Below, one piece after another: positions 31,956 to 41,658 of a DNA stretch of 64,000 nucleotides (position 1 is its first letter; each line of letters starts with the position of its first letter). This DNA comes from Parcubacteria group bacterium. Lineage in GTDB: Bacteria; Patescibacteriota; Minisyncoccia; Phycocordibacterales; DATDWN01. The stretch spans positions 4,699-68,698 of the forward strand of contig DAORIV010000003.1 of NCBI GenBank assembly GCA_035438705.1, given 5' to 3'. The position numbers and the translations under genes are program-made. Below the pieces are notes generated by a model. It saw only the letters and a list, made by a program, of their open reading frames with translations. It was not told where the DNA came from and searched no databases.

Positions 31956-34127
31956 ATGGAAATCAATTCCCTTCTTGAAAAAGAGTTTAGATTAAATCCT
32001 GGGCAAAAAAGTGCTTTAAAAAAATTAGGCTTAAGTAGTCTAGAAGATTTACTTTATCACTTTCCAACTAGATATGGAGACACTAGCGAAATAAAATATA
32101 TTCAAAGCCTAAAAAAAGGCGATACCTCTGTTATATTTGGTAAAATCTCTGGACTAAAAACATCCAAAGCTTTTATCAAAAAAATCCCAATGTCTGAAGC
32201 TTATTTAACAGATGAAACTGGGAAAATTAAACTTGTTTGGTTTAACCAACCCTACATAGCAAAAATGATAGCTGAAGGCAGTACTGTAAGAATTGAAGGT
32301 AAGGTATCAGAAAGAAAGAATGAACTGTATATAAACAACCCTAAGATTGAAATGGTTGGAAATATACCAGATGCAGTGGGTAATTCCCTATTCGGACAAG
32401 ATGCAAAAGACGAGCATACAATGTACCCCGTGTATCCAGAATCAAAAGGTATTTCATCTTTATGGTTTTATCATGCAATACAAAAAATATTTAATTCGAA
32501 GTTGCTAGATACAATAAAAGATCCCATTCCTGAGGATATACTTAAAAAATATAATCTTCCCAACATTAGAACTGCATTCATTTGGATTCATACACCAAGA
32601 AAAACCGATGATAGCTTGTCAGCAAAAAAAAGATTTGCTTTCCAAGAGATATTTTTTATACAAATTCAAAAACAACAAGAGAAAAAAATATGGTCTGAAA
32701 AAAGTAGTTGGTCACTTGAAACCAATAATAATGACATTCTGGACTTCGTTAATAGATTCCCATTTAAACCGACTTCGTATCAGCTTGATGCAATCAAATC
32801 TATAACTCTAGACTTTAAAAGAGGCTACCCCATGTCGAGACTACTTGAAGGAGATGTAGGCTCTGGTAAAACTGCTGTTGCAGCAGCAACAATATATGCA
32901 ATTACAAAATCAAGACCAACAGATGACTCTGGTGAAAAAATTACTGGTAATCTACAAACTGCTTATATGGTACCCACCGAAATTCTAGCTAAGCAACATT
33001 ATGAAAATTTTATAAATTATTTTAGTCATTTACCTATTAAAATTGGCCTACTCACTGGAAGTGAATGTAGAATATTTCCATCAAAAAGTGAACCCACAAA
33101 ATCTACTAAAATTTCAAAAGCTCAGCTATTAAAATGGGTAGCAAATGGAGAAATCCCTATACTCATTGGAACACATGCATTAATCCAAAAAAGTGTGACT
33201 TTTAAGCATTTAGCATATGTGGTAATCGACGAACAGCATAGATTCGGAACATTGCAGAGACAAAAAATTACTCTCAAAAGTGACAAGACTCCACACCTTT
33301 TATCTATGACAGCAACTCCAATACCTAGAACACTTGCACTTACAATATATGGTGATCTGGATATCACAGTTTTAGAAGGAATGCCTCATGGTAGGAAACC
33401 AATAATTACAAAAGTTGTTCTGCCAACAGACAGAGAAAAAGTTTACTCGGAAATTAAAAATGAACTAAACTCTGGTAGACAACTATATGTAATATGTCCA
33501 AGAATTGATGAGCCAGATCCAACAAAAGAAATGGCTGTGATGGCTAAATCAGTAAAACTAGAAGCCGAAAGATTAAGCAATGATGTTTTCCCAGATTACA
33601 TGATTGATATTCTTCATTCAAAAATGACACCAACTGAAAAAGAAGAGGTTATGAATGATTTTGAAGAAAAGAAAACTGACATACTGGTAGCAACTTCAGT
33701 TGTAGAAGTTGGTGTAAATGTTCCGAATGCGACCATGATAATTATTGAAGGTGCAGAAAGATTTGGTCTTTCACAATTACACCAACTAAGAGGAAGAGTC
33801 ATAAGATCCACTCATCAGGCATATTGTTATATTTTCCCTGAAAGCACCGGGCAAAAAACTAAAGATAGAATGAAGGCATTAACTACAGCCAAAAATGGTT
33901 TCGAATTGGCAGAATTTGATTTACAACAAAGAGGTGCTGGAGAGCTATACGGCAGAAAACAATGGGGCATCTCTGATATAGCAATGGAAGCAATCAAAAA
34001 TATTAAAATGGTAGAAGCAAGTAGGACAGAAGCTTCGAGAATAGTTGATTCTGGTGTAAACCTTGAAAAATATATTGAAATAAAAAAATATATTGAAAAT
34101 CAAAACAGTAAAATTCACTTTGAATAA
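31956..34127 (+). CDS. recG: ATP-dependent DNA helicase RecG
   Basis: A 723-aa ORF with an N-terminal wedge/OB region, helicase motif I LLEGDVGSGKT, motif II DEQHRFG and the C-terminal helicase domain. Confidence 0.9.
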   Translation: MEINSLLEKEFRLNPGQKSALKKLGLSSLEDLLYHFPTRYGDTSEIKYIQSLKKGDTSVIFGKISGLKTSKAFIKKIPMSEAYLTDETGKIKLVWFNQPYIAKMIAEGSTVRIEGKVSERKNELYINNPKIEMVGNIPDAVGNSLFGQDAKDEHTMYPVYPESKGISSLWFYHAIQKIFNSKLLDTIKDPIPEDILKKYNLPNIRTAFIWIHTPRKTDDSLSAKKRFAFQEIFFIQIQKQQEKKIWSEKSSWSLETNNNDILDFVNRFPFKPTSYQLDAIKSITLDFKRGYPMSRLLEGDVGSGKTAVAAATIYAITKSRPTDDSGEKITGNLQTAYMVPTEILAKQHYENFINYFSHLPIKIGLLTGSECRIFPSKSEPTKSTKISKAQLLKWVANGEIPILIGTHALIQKSVTFKHLAYVVIDEQHRFGTLQRQKITLKSDKTPHLLSMTATPIPRTLALTIYGDLDITVLEGMPHGRKPIITKVVLPTDREKVYSEIKNELNSGRQLYVICPRIDEPDPTKEMAVMAKSVKLEAERLSNDVFPDYMIDILHSKMTPTEKEEVMNDFEEKKTDILVATSVVEVGVNVPNATMIIIEGAERFGLSQLHQLRGRVIRSTHQAYCYIFPESTGQKTKDRMKALTTAKNGFELAEFDLQQRGAGELYGRKQWGISDIAMEAIKNIKMVEASRTEASRIVDSGVNLEKYIEIKKYIENQNSKIHFE

Positions 34128-34638
34128 CTGTTTGATGTAAATCAAATCGCTCGGCACAACTTAGTGCCGAGCGAGTTAAACTCCTATACCTTACGTCTTG
34201 AAAATCGTCTCGGGGCTTGTTTTGTGGCTCTCTCAAACCTCTTACTCTCTCCATTTTTTTGCTGTTGCTTTCTTGCGGGATGTTGCAACTGTTCCCTTGT
34301 TTTGGGGTTACCCGACATGGCAATAACCACCAACACTGGCAACACGGTATAACTACGATGTCTTTCATTCCCCATTAAAGAACCTCCTTAGTAAGGGAGT
34401 TTATCATTATAATATATTTTGTAAATAAACCAGATTACATTTGAAAAGACCCTAAATTTAATTGGACTTTAGGTTATTTTTTGGTATATTTCAGAGGTGT
34501 ATGGTCAGGGATATTTTTCTTGTCGACACAAGAAAAATTCCACGACCCTGCCTCGTCCGTTTTCCTTACTAGGAAAACATGACTCCGGCTCGCATTAGTC
34601 CTAACCGACTTAATGCGGATTAAGTCGGTTAGGCTAAC

Positions 34639-34712
34639 GCGCCTGTAGCTCAGTTGGTTAGAGCACAGAGCTTATACCTCTGGGGTCCCTGGTTCGAGTC
34701 CAGGCAGGCGCA
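34639..34712 (+). tRNA. tRNA-Ile with anticodon UAU (reads AUA)
   Basis: The sequence GCGCCTG-TA-GCTC-AGTTGGTTA-GAGC-A-CAGAG-CTTATAC-CTCTG-GGGTC-CCTGG-TTCGAGT-CCAGG-CAGGCGC-A folds into a full cloverleaf with a perfect 7-bp acceptor stem. The backbone closely resembles bacterial tRNA-Ile. CCA is not encoded. Confidence 0.75.
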
Positions 34713-34720
34713 CACGATTC

Positions 34721-34748
34721 AAAAACAGCATAGGTATGCTGTTTTTGT
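34721..34748 (+). terminator. Rho-independent terminator after the tRNA
   Basis: AAAAACAGCATAGGTATGCTGTTTTTG. Confidence 0.5.
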
Positions 34749-35157
34749 TTACGTGTGCGGGGCACAGGCCGACGGGCCGAGCCGGGGTTGCACAAAAATT
34801 CACCAGAATTTTATGTGTGACCACACGAAAAAACCGCAGTACAACACCTGTTATACCACGGTTTCCTTAATGCTTAGTCGAGCCAACATGGCCGATAAAG
34901 TCGTCATGGGATGATGAATCCAGAATTACATTTTCACCCCCCAAATTGAGAGGTTCATTGTGAGACAATCTCCCACACTTGTCACAAACACTTTCAAGTG
35001 AGGATTTATTGCCCACTGTTATGACGATTTCGACCATCCTTCCTGTGCAAACCTGTTCTTTACCTGAAGGTGAAATGGTCAATTTCATGCAAAACTGGTT
35101 CATTTGTTCTACTCCTTTCTGGCTACACAATAACACTATTTTAAATAATAATCAACC

Positions 35158-37107
35158 CTAATCTTGATGCTCTATATCCAACTTCTTTTTTGGTGTTATT
35201 CCATTTGCAACTAGAATAGTTTCAAACTCTGCCCTTTCAATCGTTTCAACCTCCATTAACCTATTTGCTATTGCATCTAACAACTTTCTATTTTCTTTTA
35301 TAACTCTTTCAGCTTTCTCATGTGCCTCTTTCATTATTTTTGAAACCTCTGAATCAATTTCACTTGCGACTTTCTCAGAAAATTCTTTATCTTCTACCCC
35401 CCTTCCAAAAAGAGTTTTTCCACCTTCACCTTCAAGTGCTATCGGTCCAAGCAAATCTGACATACCGTATTTTGTTACCATATCCCGAGCGAGCGCAGTT
35501 GAAACTTGCAAATCATTTGATGGACCAGTTGTTAAATCATCAAAAAGCATTTTTTCAGTTACATAACCACCCAAAGATACAGCAATATCATCTAGAAACT
35601 CTTTTTTAGATTGCAATTTCTTTTCTTCGAGAGCCAGTTTAAAAACATAACCCAATGCTCTTCCTCTAGATATTATAGTTATTTTGTGAACTGGATCAGC
35701 ATAAGGGAGAATAGAGGCAAGTACAGCATGACCCGCTTCATGATAAGCAGTGACTTCTTTTTCTTTTTTCGAAAGTAAATGACTTCTTCTTTCAGGACCG
35801 ATAATAACTTTTTCAATTGATCTTATTAAATCATATTGAGAAATTTTTGTTCTATTTTCTCTAGCAGCAAGTATTGCACCCTCATTCATAAGTGAGTACA
35901 AATCTGCCCCACTAAATCCTGGAGTTCTTTCTGCAATTACTTTCAAATTTACATCTTCAGCAAAAGGCTTTTTAACACTGTGAACTTTCAGTATTTCTTC
36001 TCTATCACTTCTATCAGGCAAATCCAAAGTAACTCGTCTATCGAACCTTCCCGGTCTAAGAAGAGCAGAATCTAGAACATCAGGTCTATTTGTAGCAGCC
36101 ATTACAATAACTTTCTCATTTGGTTCGAAACCATCCATTTCAACTAGTATCTGGTTTAATGTTTGCTCTCTTTCATCGTTACCTCCACCAGCACCAACAC
36201 CACGAACTCTTCCAACTGCATCGATCTCATCTACGAAAATTATTGATGGTGAATTTTTCTTTGCTATTAAAAATAAGTCTCGCACCCTACTTGCTCCCAC
36301 ACCCACAAACATTTCCACAAATTCTGAACCCGATATAGAGAAAAATGCTACTCCAGCTTCTCCTGCAACTGCACGCGCTAGTAATGTTTTTCCAGTACCA
36401 GGTGCTCCCATAAGTAAAATTCCTTTTGGAATTCTAGCTCCAATATCTAAAAACTTTTTAGGATTCTTTAAAAAATCTACTATTTCAGCCAACTCTTCTT
36501 TTGCCTCTTTCGCACCCGCAACATCTTTAAAGGTGACGCGCTGACTTTTATCATTTGGATCAATCATTCTTGCTTTTGATTGGCCGAAAGTTAAAGCCTG
36601 AATACCGGCACCCTTCATCTGTCTTGTGATAAACCAAATAAACACCGCAATAAAAAGAATTGGGAAAATTATTGGTGACAAATTCATAACCCAATAACCA
36701 AACCCCCCTTGATTTTTTATCTCAATCTTTACAGTTGAAACCTGATCTTTTGTTACACCATAGTTAACCAAAGTCTGAAGCAATGCTTCTCCCTCCTCTT
36801 TCTTTGAGACTTTCTTATCTCCATTTTTATATTCAACTTCCAAGGCATCCCCTTTAACTAAAACTGATTTTACTAATCCAGATTTAATGTCTGTAGATAA
36901 TTCAGAGATGGGTACCTGAACCGGACTATTTGAACCAAAACTAGAAACCACTGAATATATAAGAGAGAGAATAACAAATATTGTAATTACAGAAAAAACA
37001 TAATTTAAAAATGAACCTCCATCTCCCCCGCCCTTGTTACCTCTTTTTAACAATACTTTGTTTTTATCTTGCGGTTTAGGTTTTTCCATAGTAGAACAAT
37101 TATACAT
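35158..37107 (-). CDS. ftsH: ATP-dependent zinc metalloprotease FtsH
   Basis: An AAA+ module with Walker A motif GAPGTGKT, the second region of homology (SRH), and the HEAGHA zinc-binding motif. Confidence 0.95.
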   Translation of the reverse strand: MYNCSTMEKPKPQDKNKVLLKRGNKGGGDGGSFLNYVFSVITIFVILSLIYSVVSSFGSNSPVQVPISELSTDIKSGLVKSVLVKGDALEVEYKNGDKKVSKKEEGEALLQTLVNYGVTKDQVSTVKIEIKNQGGFGYWVMNLSPIIFPILFIAVFIWFITRQMKGAGIQALTFGQSKARMIDPNDKSQRVTFKDVAGAKEAKEELAEIVDFLKNPKKFLDIGARIPKGILLMGAPGTGKTLLARAVAGEAGVAFFSISGSEFVEMFVGVGASRVRDLFLIAKKNSPSIIFVDEIDAVGRVRGVGAGGGNDEREQTLNQILVEMDGFEPNEKVIVMAATNRPDVLDSALLRPGRFDRRVTLDLPDRSDREEILKVHSVKKPFAEDVNLKVIAERTPGFSGADLYSLMNEGAILAARENRTKISQYDLIRSIEKVIIGPERRSHLLSKKEKEVTAYHEAGHAVLASILPYADPVHKITIISRGRALGYVFKLALEEKKLQSKKEFLDDIAVSLGGYVTEKMLFDDLTTGPSNDLQVSTALARDMVTKYGMSDLLGPIALEGEGGKTLFGRGVEDKEFSEKVASEIDSEVSKIMKEAHEKAERVIKENRKLLDAIANRLMEVETIERAEFETILVANGITPKKKLDIEHQD

Positions 37108-37165
37108 AATTTACAGCAAAACGAAAGAAAAATATTCGACCTATAAATGTGTTATAATCATAAAA

Positions 37166-37609
37166 ATGAGCTTGATTACCAATAAAAAAGCCGGCTTCAA
37201 TTACGAAATTAAAGAGAAATACTCTGCAGGTATTGAGCTTTTTGGTTTTGAGGTAAAAGCCGTGAGAAAGGGTCAAGGAAATTTGGATGGTTCATATATT
37301 ACAGTCAGAGGTGGTGAAGCATACCTAATTGGGGCATTTATACCTCCATTTCAAGAGAAAAATGCTCCAAAGGACTTTGACCCTAGGAGAAATAGAAAGC
37401 TTATTTTGACCGCAAAAGAGATAAGGGAGTTAGAAAAAATTGAAAAAACAAAAGGATTGACAATAGTACCTATTTTGGTGTATAATAAGGGAAGATTTCT
37501 AAAGCTTGAAGTGGGTATAGGCTCAGGAAAAAAGAAGTTTGATAAAAGAGAAAGTATTAAAAAACATAATGTCGAACGAGACATTAGACGAGAATACTCA
37601 GATAGATAA
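37166..37609 (+). CDS. smpB: SsrA-binding protein SmpB
   Basis: The ORF is 147 aa from the ATG at 37166 (MSLITNKKAGFNYEI..GFEVKAV..). The ORF track begins it upstream, overlapping ftsH. Confidence 0.9.
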   Translation: MSLITNKKAGFNYEIKEKYSAGIELFGFEVKAVRKGQGNLDGSYITVRGGEAYLIGAFIPPFQEKNAPKDFDPRRNRKLILTAKEIRELEKIEKTKGLTIVPILVYNKGRFLKLEVGIGSGKKKFDKRESIKKHNVERDIRREYSDR

Positions 37610-37656
37610 ATGAAATTCGCTTAAAGCAAATCTCGGTATTGCTAGGTTTATTTTAA

Positions 37657-38047
37657 GGGGATGACAGGTATAGACAGATAAGTTCATTGAAAATTGTGCA
37701 TGGTAGAGTTGTGATAACTCTTTAAACTTTCACAAAGCATAGATGCTAAAAACACCTTTGCAAAAGCTATCCCTTCACCATTTATGGCGAATGGATACGC
37801 TCTCGCTTTCGCTTAATCTATAAGATTTAAGCCAAAGCGGCGGCCACTCCCCTAAGTCTGTTACGGGAAATGGTTGATATATCTTCGGACTAGAAATTAT
37901 TTGTGTTTCCAAATAATTTTGAAACAAAGAAAACAAAAATCTGATTTATTTTGTTTATTTGAAGAATTAGATTAAATTAAATAAACTAAACCATGTAGAT
38001 CGATTCTCAAAATTTATTTGCACCCGGCTTCAATGCCGGCTTCTCCA
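37657..38047 (+). ncRNA. ssrA: Transfer-messenger RNA (tmRNA)
   Basis: It lies immediately downstream of smpB. The 5' GGGGAUG pairs with the 3' CUUCUCC-A, forming an acceptor stem that includes a G3-U pair (the Ala identity element). There is a T-arm-like CCGGC-UUCAAU-GCCGG. The in-frame tag ORF GCG AAT GGA TAC GCT CTC GCT TTC GCT TAA encodes ANGYALAFA. Confidence 0.7.
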
Positions 38048-38181
38048 CAAATTAAAACATTAGCGCCCAAAAGGGTGCTTTTGTTTTTATTTAAAGAACC
38101 GCCTTCGGGCGTGCTTTTCTGTTTGACACCCAACTCAAATTCCTGTAATACAAGGCAATGAGAGACTTTTAAGTTAAGTCC

Positions 38182-38640
38182 ATGAAAGAACCCAAATACA
38201 CAAAACAGGGGTTTACACTAACAGAAATACTCATAGTTGTAGGTTTAATCACTATGATTGGTATCATAGTCCCAATTTTTAATTCAAACACTCTACACAA
38301 AGAATCTTTTGAAGCAGAGATAGAGAAAATTACCGACCTTCTTTTCAAAGCAAGACATAATTCTCAAAACAATATAAACCAAAGCAAACATGGAGTATTT
38401 ATACAAAATGAAGGATACACTTTGTTTGAGGGAAATTCATTTGCATTAAGTGAACCTCAAAATAATATTTTTATTAAAAGTGAATACCCTATCCAAATAG
38501 CAACAACTTCAATAGTTGAAATAATTTTTAATGAATCAAGTGCTGAAGTCACAAACAAAGGCGAAATAATGGTAACTGATAAATTCACAAATAAAGTAGT
38601 TAGTATAAAAATAAATCATGAAGGACAAATCAACTATTAA
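38182..38640 (+). CDS. Pseudopilin / minor type IV pilin (prepilin-type N-terminal methylation domain)
   Basis: The N-terminus MKEPKYTKQG|FTLTEILIVVGLITMIGII carries the prepilin cleavage motif. Confidence 0.65.
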   Translation: MKEPKYTKQGFTLTEILIVVGLITMIGIIVPIFNSNTLHKESFEAEIEKITDLLFKARHNSQNNINQSKHGVFIQNEGYTLFEGNSFALSEPQNNIFIKSEYPIQIATTSIVEIIFNESSAEVTNKGEIMVTDKFTNKVVSIKINHEGQINY

Positions 38641-40111
38641 TTTTTCGGGTTTCTCTACTATAGAAATAGTGATAGCGCTTGCTGTTTTGTCTTCTGCATT
38701 AGTTCTCGGAATGTATGGAACTTACAGTGGTCAGTACTGGAGAGAAGCATCATCAGTACGACTAGAAGCTGTATATGAAAATCAAAGTATAAATGAGGAA
38801 CTAAAAAAATACACAGACAGTAACTTCTACAACAGTACATCATCAGATTTCACAATAGTAGACCCGAATTGTATCCAAGGCAACCTTTGTTATTACACAG
38901 AAATACATACCGAAGAAATATCTATTTGCTTAAAAAACACTGAAATTACAACACAGTTCAAATTAAGCAATTATCCAACCACCAGTATTGATAGCACCAT
39001 TTATCCACTTAACAACTCTGAATATATTAAAAATAGTGGAGACTGCATATTAAAAACTCCAAGTGGTGACTGGAACAGCCCCCTACATAGCATTGGCTAT
39101 TTAGAGTCTCCGGGTTTAGGTCAAAACGATTCCAAAAGTATCGGAGACTACATTTATATTGCCAATAATAACTCCCCTACATTTGTTATTTACAAAAAAG
39201 AGAATGACACTTTAGTTAAAATTAGTACTTTTGATGTTCAAATAAATAATTTTAGTACAAAAATTAACGCTTTTGATATATACAAAAACTACACAAGTAA
39301 TAGGACCTATGTTTTTGCCACACTCGCAACAAGCACTAAACAACTTGCCGTGTTAGATATAACTGATCCTGAAAACATACAATCAAAATCGTTTTTAAGT
39401 TTCAAAAACGTAAACCCTTCAGGATCATTCCCCCAAGGGTACAAAGTACTTGTATATGATAACCGTGTATATGCTGTCACCAGAGAAACATCAGGATATG
39501 AATTTCATATCTTCAATATTGAGAATGTAGATAATATTTTTGAAATTGGAAATGGTTTTGAATTAAACAGAACAGTTAATGAAATACTTGTTAGAGACCA
39601 GATGGTAAACAATCAAGAAAAAAGATTGGTGTTTTTAGCCTCAGATTCAAATATTAAAGAGCTAAGTATATTGGATGTTACAAATGATGTTGTGTCGGAA
39701 ATAAATTCAATCAACTTGCCTGGCAATCAAGACGGCCTAAGTTTATTCTCTTCAGGTGAACTATTATACTTGGGAAGAAGTAGTAACACTCAAGGAGGTG
39801 AACTGTATGCATTTAACATAAAGCATCCACAAAACCCAATCAGCATTTTGTCACAAGCAGAAGTTTCAGCAAATGTAAACCACATAAAAGCATCGGGGGA
39901 ATATATTTTCTTGAGCACCAATCGTGCGGGAGAAACCTTTCAGGTGTGGGATAGAAACCATGATATTTGGAATAGCACTTTAAATACAGGTAGACTAAAC
40001 AGCCACAACTTCCCCAACCTGAACAATATTGAACTAAACGAGGGTTGGATAAGCTTGATTAACAACTCAACTATTTCTGACAAAATTCAGTTGCTAAAAG
40101 GATATGAGTAG
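38618..40111 (+). CDS. Pilin-like protein with a large C-terminal beta-propeller-like (LVIVD/YVTN-type) repeat domain; candidate pilus-tip adhesin
   Basis: It starts with the prepilin-like N-terminus SG|FSTIEIVIALAVLSSALV. About 450 aa follow with repeated blades (YVFATLA..LAVLDITDP, LVFLASD..LSILDVTND, LYLGRSS..LYAFNI) that look like a beta-propeller. It overlaps both neighbouring pseudopilin genes. Confidence 0.55.
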   Translation: MKDKSTINFSGFSTIEIVIALAVLSSALVLGMYGTYSGQYWREASSVRLEAVYENQSINEELKKYTDSNFYNSTSSDFTIVDPNCIQGNLCYYTEIHTEEISICLKNTEITTQFKLSNYPTTSIDSTIYPLNNSEYIKNSGDCILKTPSGDWNSPLHSIGYLESPGLGQNDSKSIGDYIYIANNNSPTFVIYKKENDTLVKISTFDVQINNFSTKINAFDIYKNYTSNRTYVFATLATSTKQLAVLDITDPENIQSKSFLSFKNVNPSGSFPQGYKVLVYDNRVYAVTRETSGYEFHIFNIENVDNIFEIGNGFELNRTVNEILVRDQMVNNQEKRLVFLASDSNIKELSILDVTNDVVSEINSINLPGNQDGLSLFSSGELLYLGRSSNTQGGELYAFNIKHPQNPISILSQAEVSANVNHIKASGEYIFLSTNRAGETFQVWDRNHDIWNSTLNTGRLNSHNFPNLNNIELNEGWISLINNSTISDKIQLLKGYE

Positions 40112-40556
40112 AACAAACAAAACAAAAGGCATAACACTTATTGAAACCATAATCTACATTGGTCTATTAGGTATTATTATTTATGGTGGAATTTTCACCA
40201 CTTTCCACATGGTTGAAATTGGCAACAAAAACTCAAACTATTCAAAAATACTAAATGAAGCTATTTTTATAAATAATAAAATCAACTGGATACTTACGAA
40301 CAGCACTTCAATTGAAGTTTTAAACAATTCACTTATTGTTAACAAAGAAGGTTTAAATGAGAATAATCCCTTAGTGCTAAAACAAAATAGTAAAAATATA
40401 ACTTTAAAACGCGGGCAAAATGAAGATAATATACTAAACAATGAAAGATATATAATAAGTGATGTAATTATTGACCACAACCCTACTCAAAAATTCATTA
40501 CTATAAAATATAAAATTAATAACCAAAACTTTAGTTATAAAAAATATTTAAATTAG
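40104..40556 (+). CDS. Pseudopilin / minor pilin
   Basis: The N-terminus is KG|ITLIETIIYIGLLGIIIYG. Confidence 0.6.
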   Translation: MSRTNKTKGITLIETIIYIGLLGIIIYGGIFTTFHMVEIGNKNSNYSKILNEAIFINNKINWILTNSTSIEVLNNSLIVNKEGLNENNPLVLKQNSKNITLKRGQNEDNILNNERYIISDVIIDHNPTQKFITIKYKINNQNFSYKKYLN

Positions 40557-40615
40557 GTTGATTTTTCTCACCAAATCAGCTATATTTTAAGCCTTGATTA
40601 TTTAATGAAAAACCT

Positions 40616-41194
40616 ATGGCAATGCTTGAATACAACGAAATAGTAGAAAGAAAGTACATCGTTTTTAACGGTGAACCTTGGGAAGTACTCTCCTCTCACG
40701 TTTTCAGAAAACAACAAAGAAAGCCTGTTAATGCCACAAAACTTAAAAACCTTATTACTGGAAAAGTTACAGAACAATCTTTCCACGTATCTGAAAAAGT
40801 CGAAGAGGCAGAAATAGACAGTAAAGAGGCAAAGTACCTGTACAACAACAAAGGCGAATACTGGTTCTGTGAACCTAATGATCCTTCAAAAAGATTTTCT
40901 CTTTCAGATTCAGTTATGGGTCCTAGAGGAAAATTTCTTAAGGTCAACTCTGTTATTGAAGTACTATCATTTGAAGACACTACTATTGGTATTAAAATGC
41001 CAATCAAGGTAGAACTAAAGGTGGTTGAAGCACATCCAGCAGTTAAAGGTAACACTGCTCAAGGTGCAACAAAAATTGTAAAACTAGAAACAGGTGCTGA
41101 AATAAATGTTCCAATGTTTATCAAAGAAGGTGAAATTGTAAGAGTAAACAGTGAAACTGGAGAGTATGCAGAACGAGCTGAAGCTGGTTTTTAA
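40616..41194 (+). CDS. efp: Elongation factor P
   Basis: It has the three-domain EF-P architecture: N-terminal KOW-like region GEPWEV..KLKNLITG and the C-terminal OB folds. The modification loop is divergent (FRKQQRKP). Confidence 0.8.
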   Translation: MAMLEYNEIVERKYIVFNGEPWEVLSSHVFRKQQRKPVNATKLKNLITGKVTEQSFHVSEKVEEAEIDSKEAKYLYNNKGEYWFCEPNDPSKRFSLSDSVMGPRGKFLKVNSVIEVLSFEDTTIGIKMPIKVELKVVEAHPAVKGNTAQGATKIVKLETGAEINVPMFIKEGEIVRVNSETGEYAERAEAGF

Positions 41195-41217
41195 ATTTCT
41201 AAGACTCTGAAAAAACA

Positions 41218-41250
41218 AAAACCACCGAATGGTGGTTTTTGTTAACCTTC
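41218..41250. terminator. Bidirectional rho-independent terminator
   Basis: AAAAACAAAAACCACCGAATGGTGGTTTTTGTT. Confidence 0.5.
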
Positions 41251-41392
41251 ACAAAGTATTAAAATGAAGAATCTCTTAGGTTTTTTGGCGAAGGTCGCGT
41301 ATAAAATAAAAACTGGAGCCTGAGATGTACAAGTAGTACTTCGATGGACCAGTTTTTATTTTAGACGATGAGATTTGTCAAAAAGACAAGAG

Positions 41393-41599
41393 CTATCTAG
41401 AAACATATGGGAGTAACCCCATAAAGCGAGCCCTCTTTATAGCCATAGCCAAATTTCTCTGATTCTTTGCAGTAACACCTGTTCTCTTTCTTGCAATCAT
41501 TCTTGCGTGTGGATTTAGAAACTTCTTAAGAAGCTCTACATCTTTGTAGTCTATATGTTTTATATTATTCTCAGTGAAGTAACAGTTTTTTGAATTCAT
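41393..41599 (-). CDS. rpsR: 30S ribosomal protein S18
   Basis: A 68-aa ORF with [50 protein letters not shown]. Confidence 0.9.
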   Translation of the reverse strand: MNSKNCYFTENNIKHIDYKDVELLKKFLNPHARMIARKRTGVTAKNQRNLAMAIKRARFMGLLPYVSR

Positions 41600-41658
41600 A
41601 TTATTTATTTAAATTTTCTTAATTTTTTCTATTTAATTTATTTTAATTTCTAACGAAA

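Noticed and set aside
34654-34914. 86-aa plus-strand ORF spanning the tRNA-Ile gene
   Set aside because: It overlaps a well-folded tRNA and its terminator, so it is a chance ORF.
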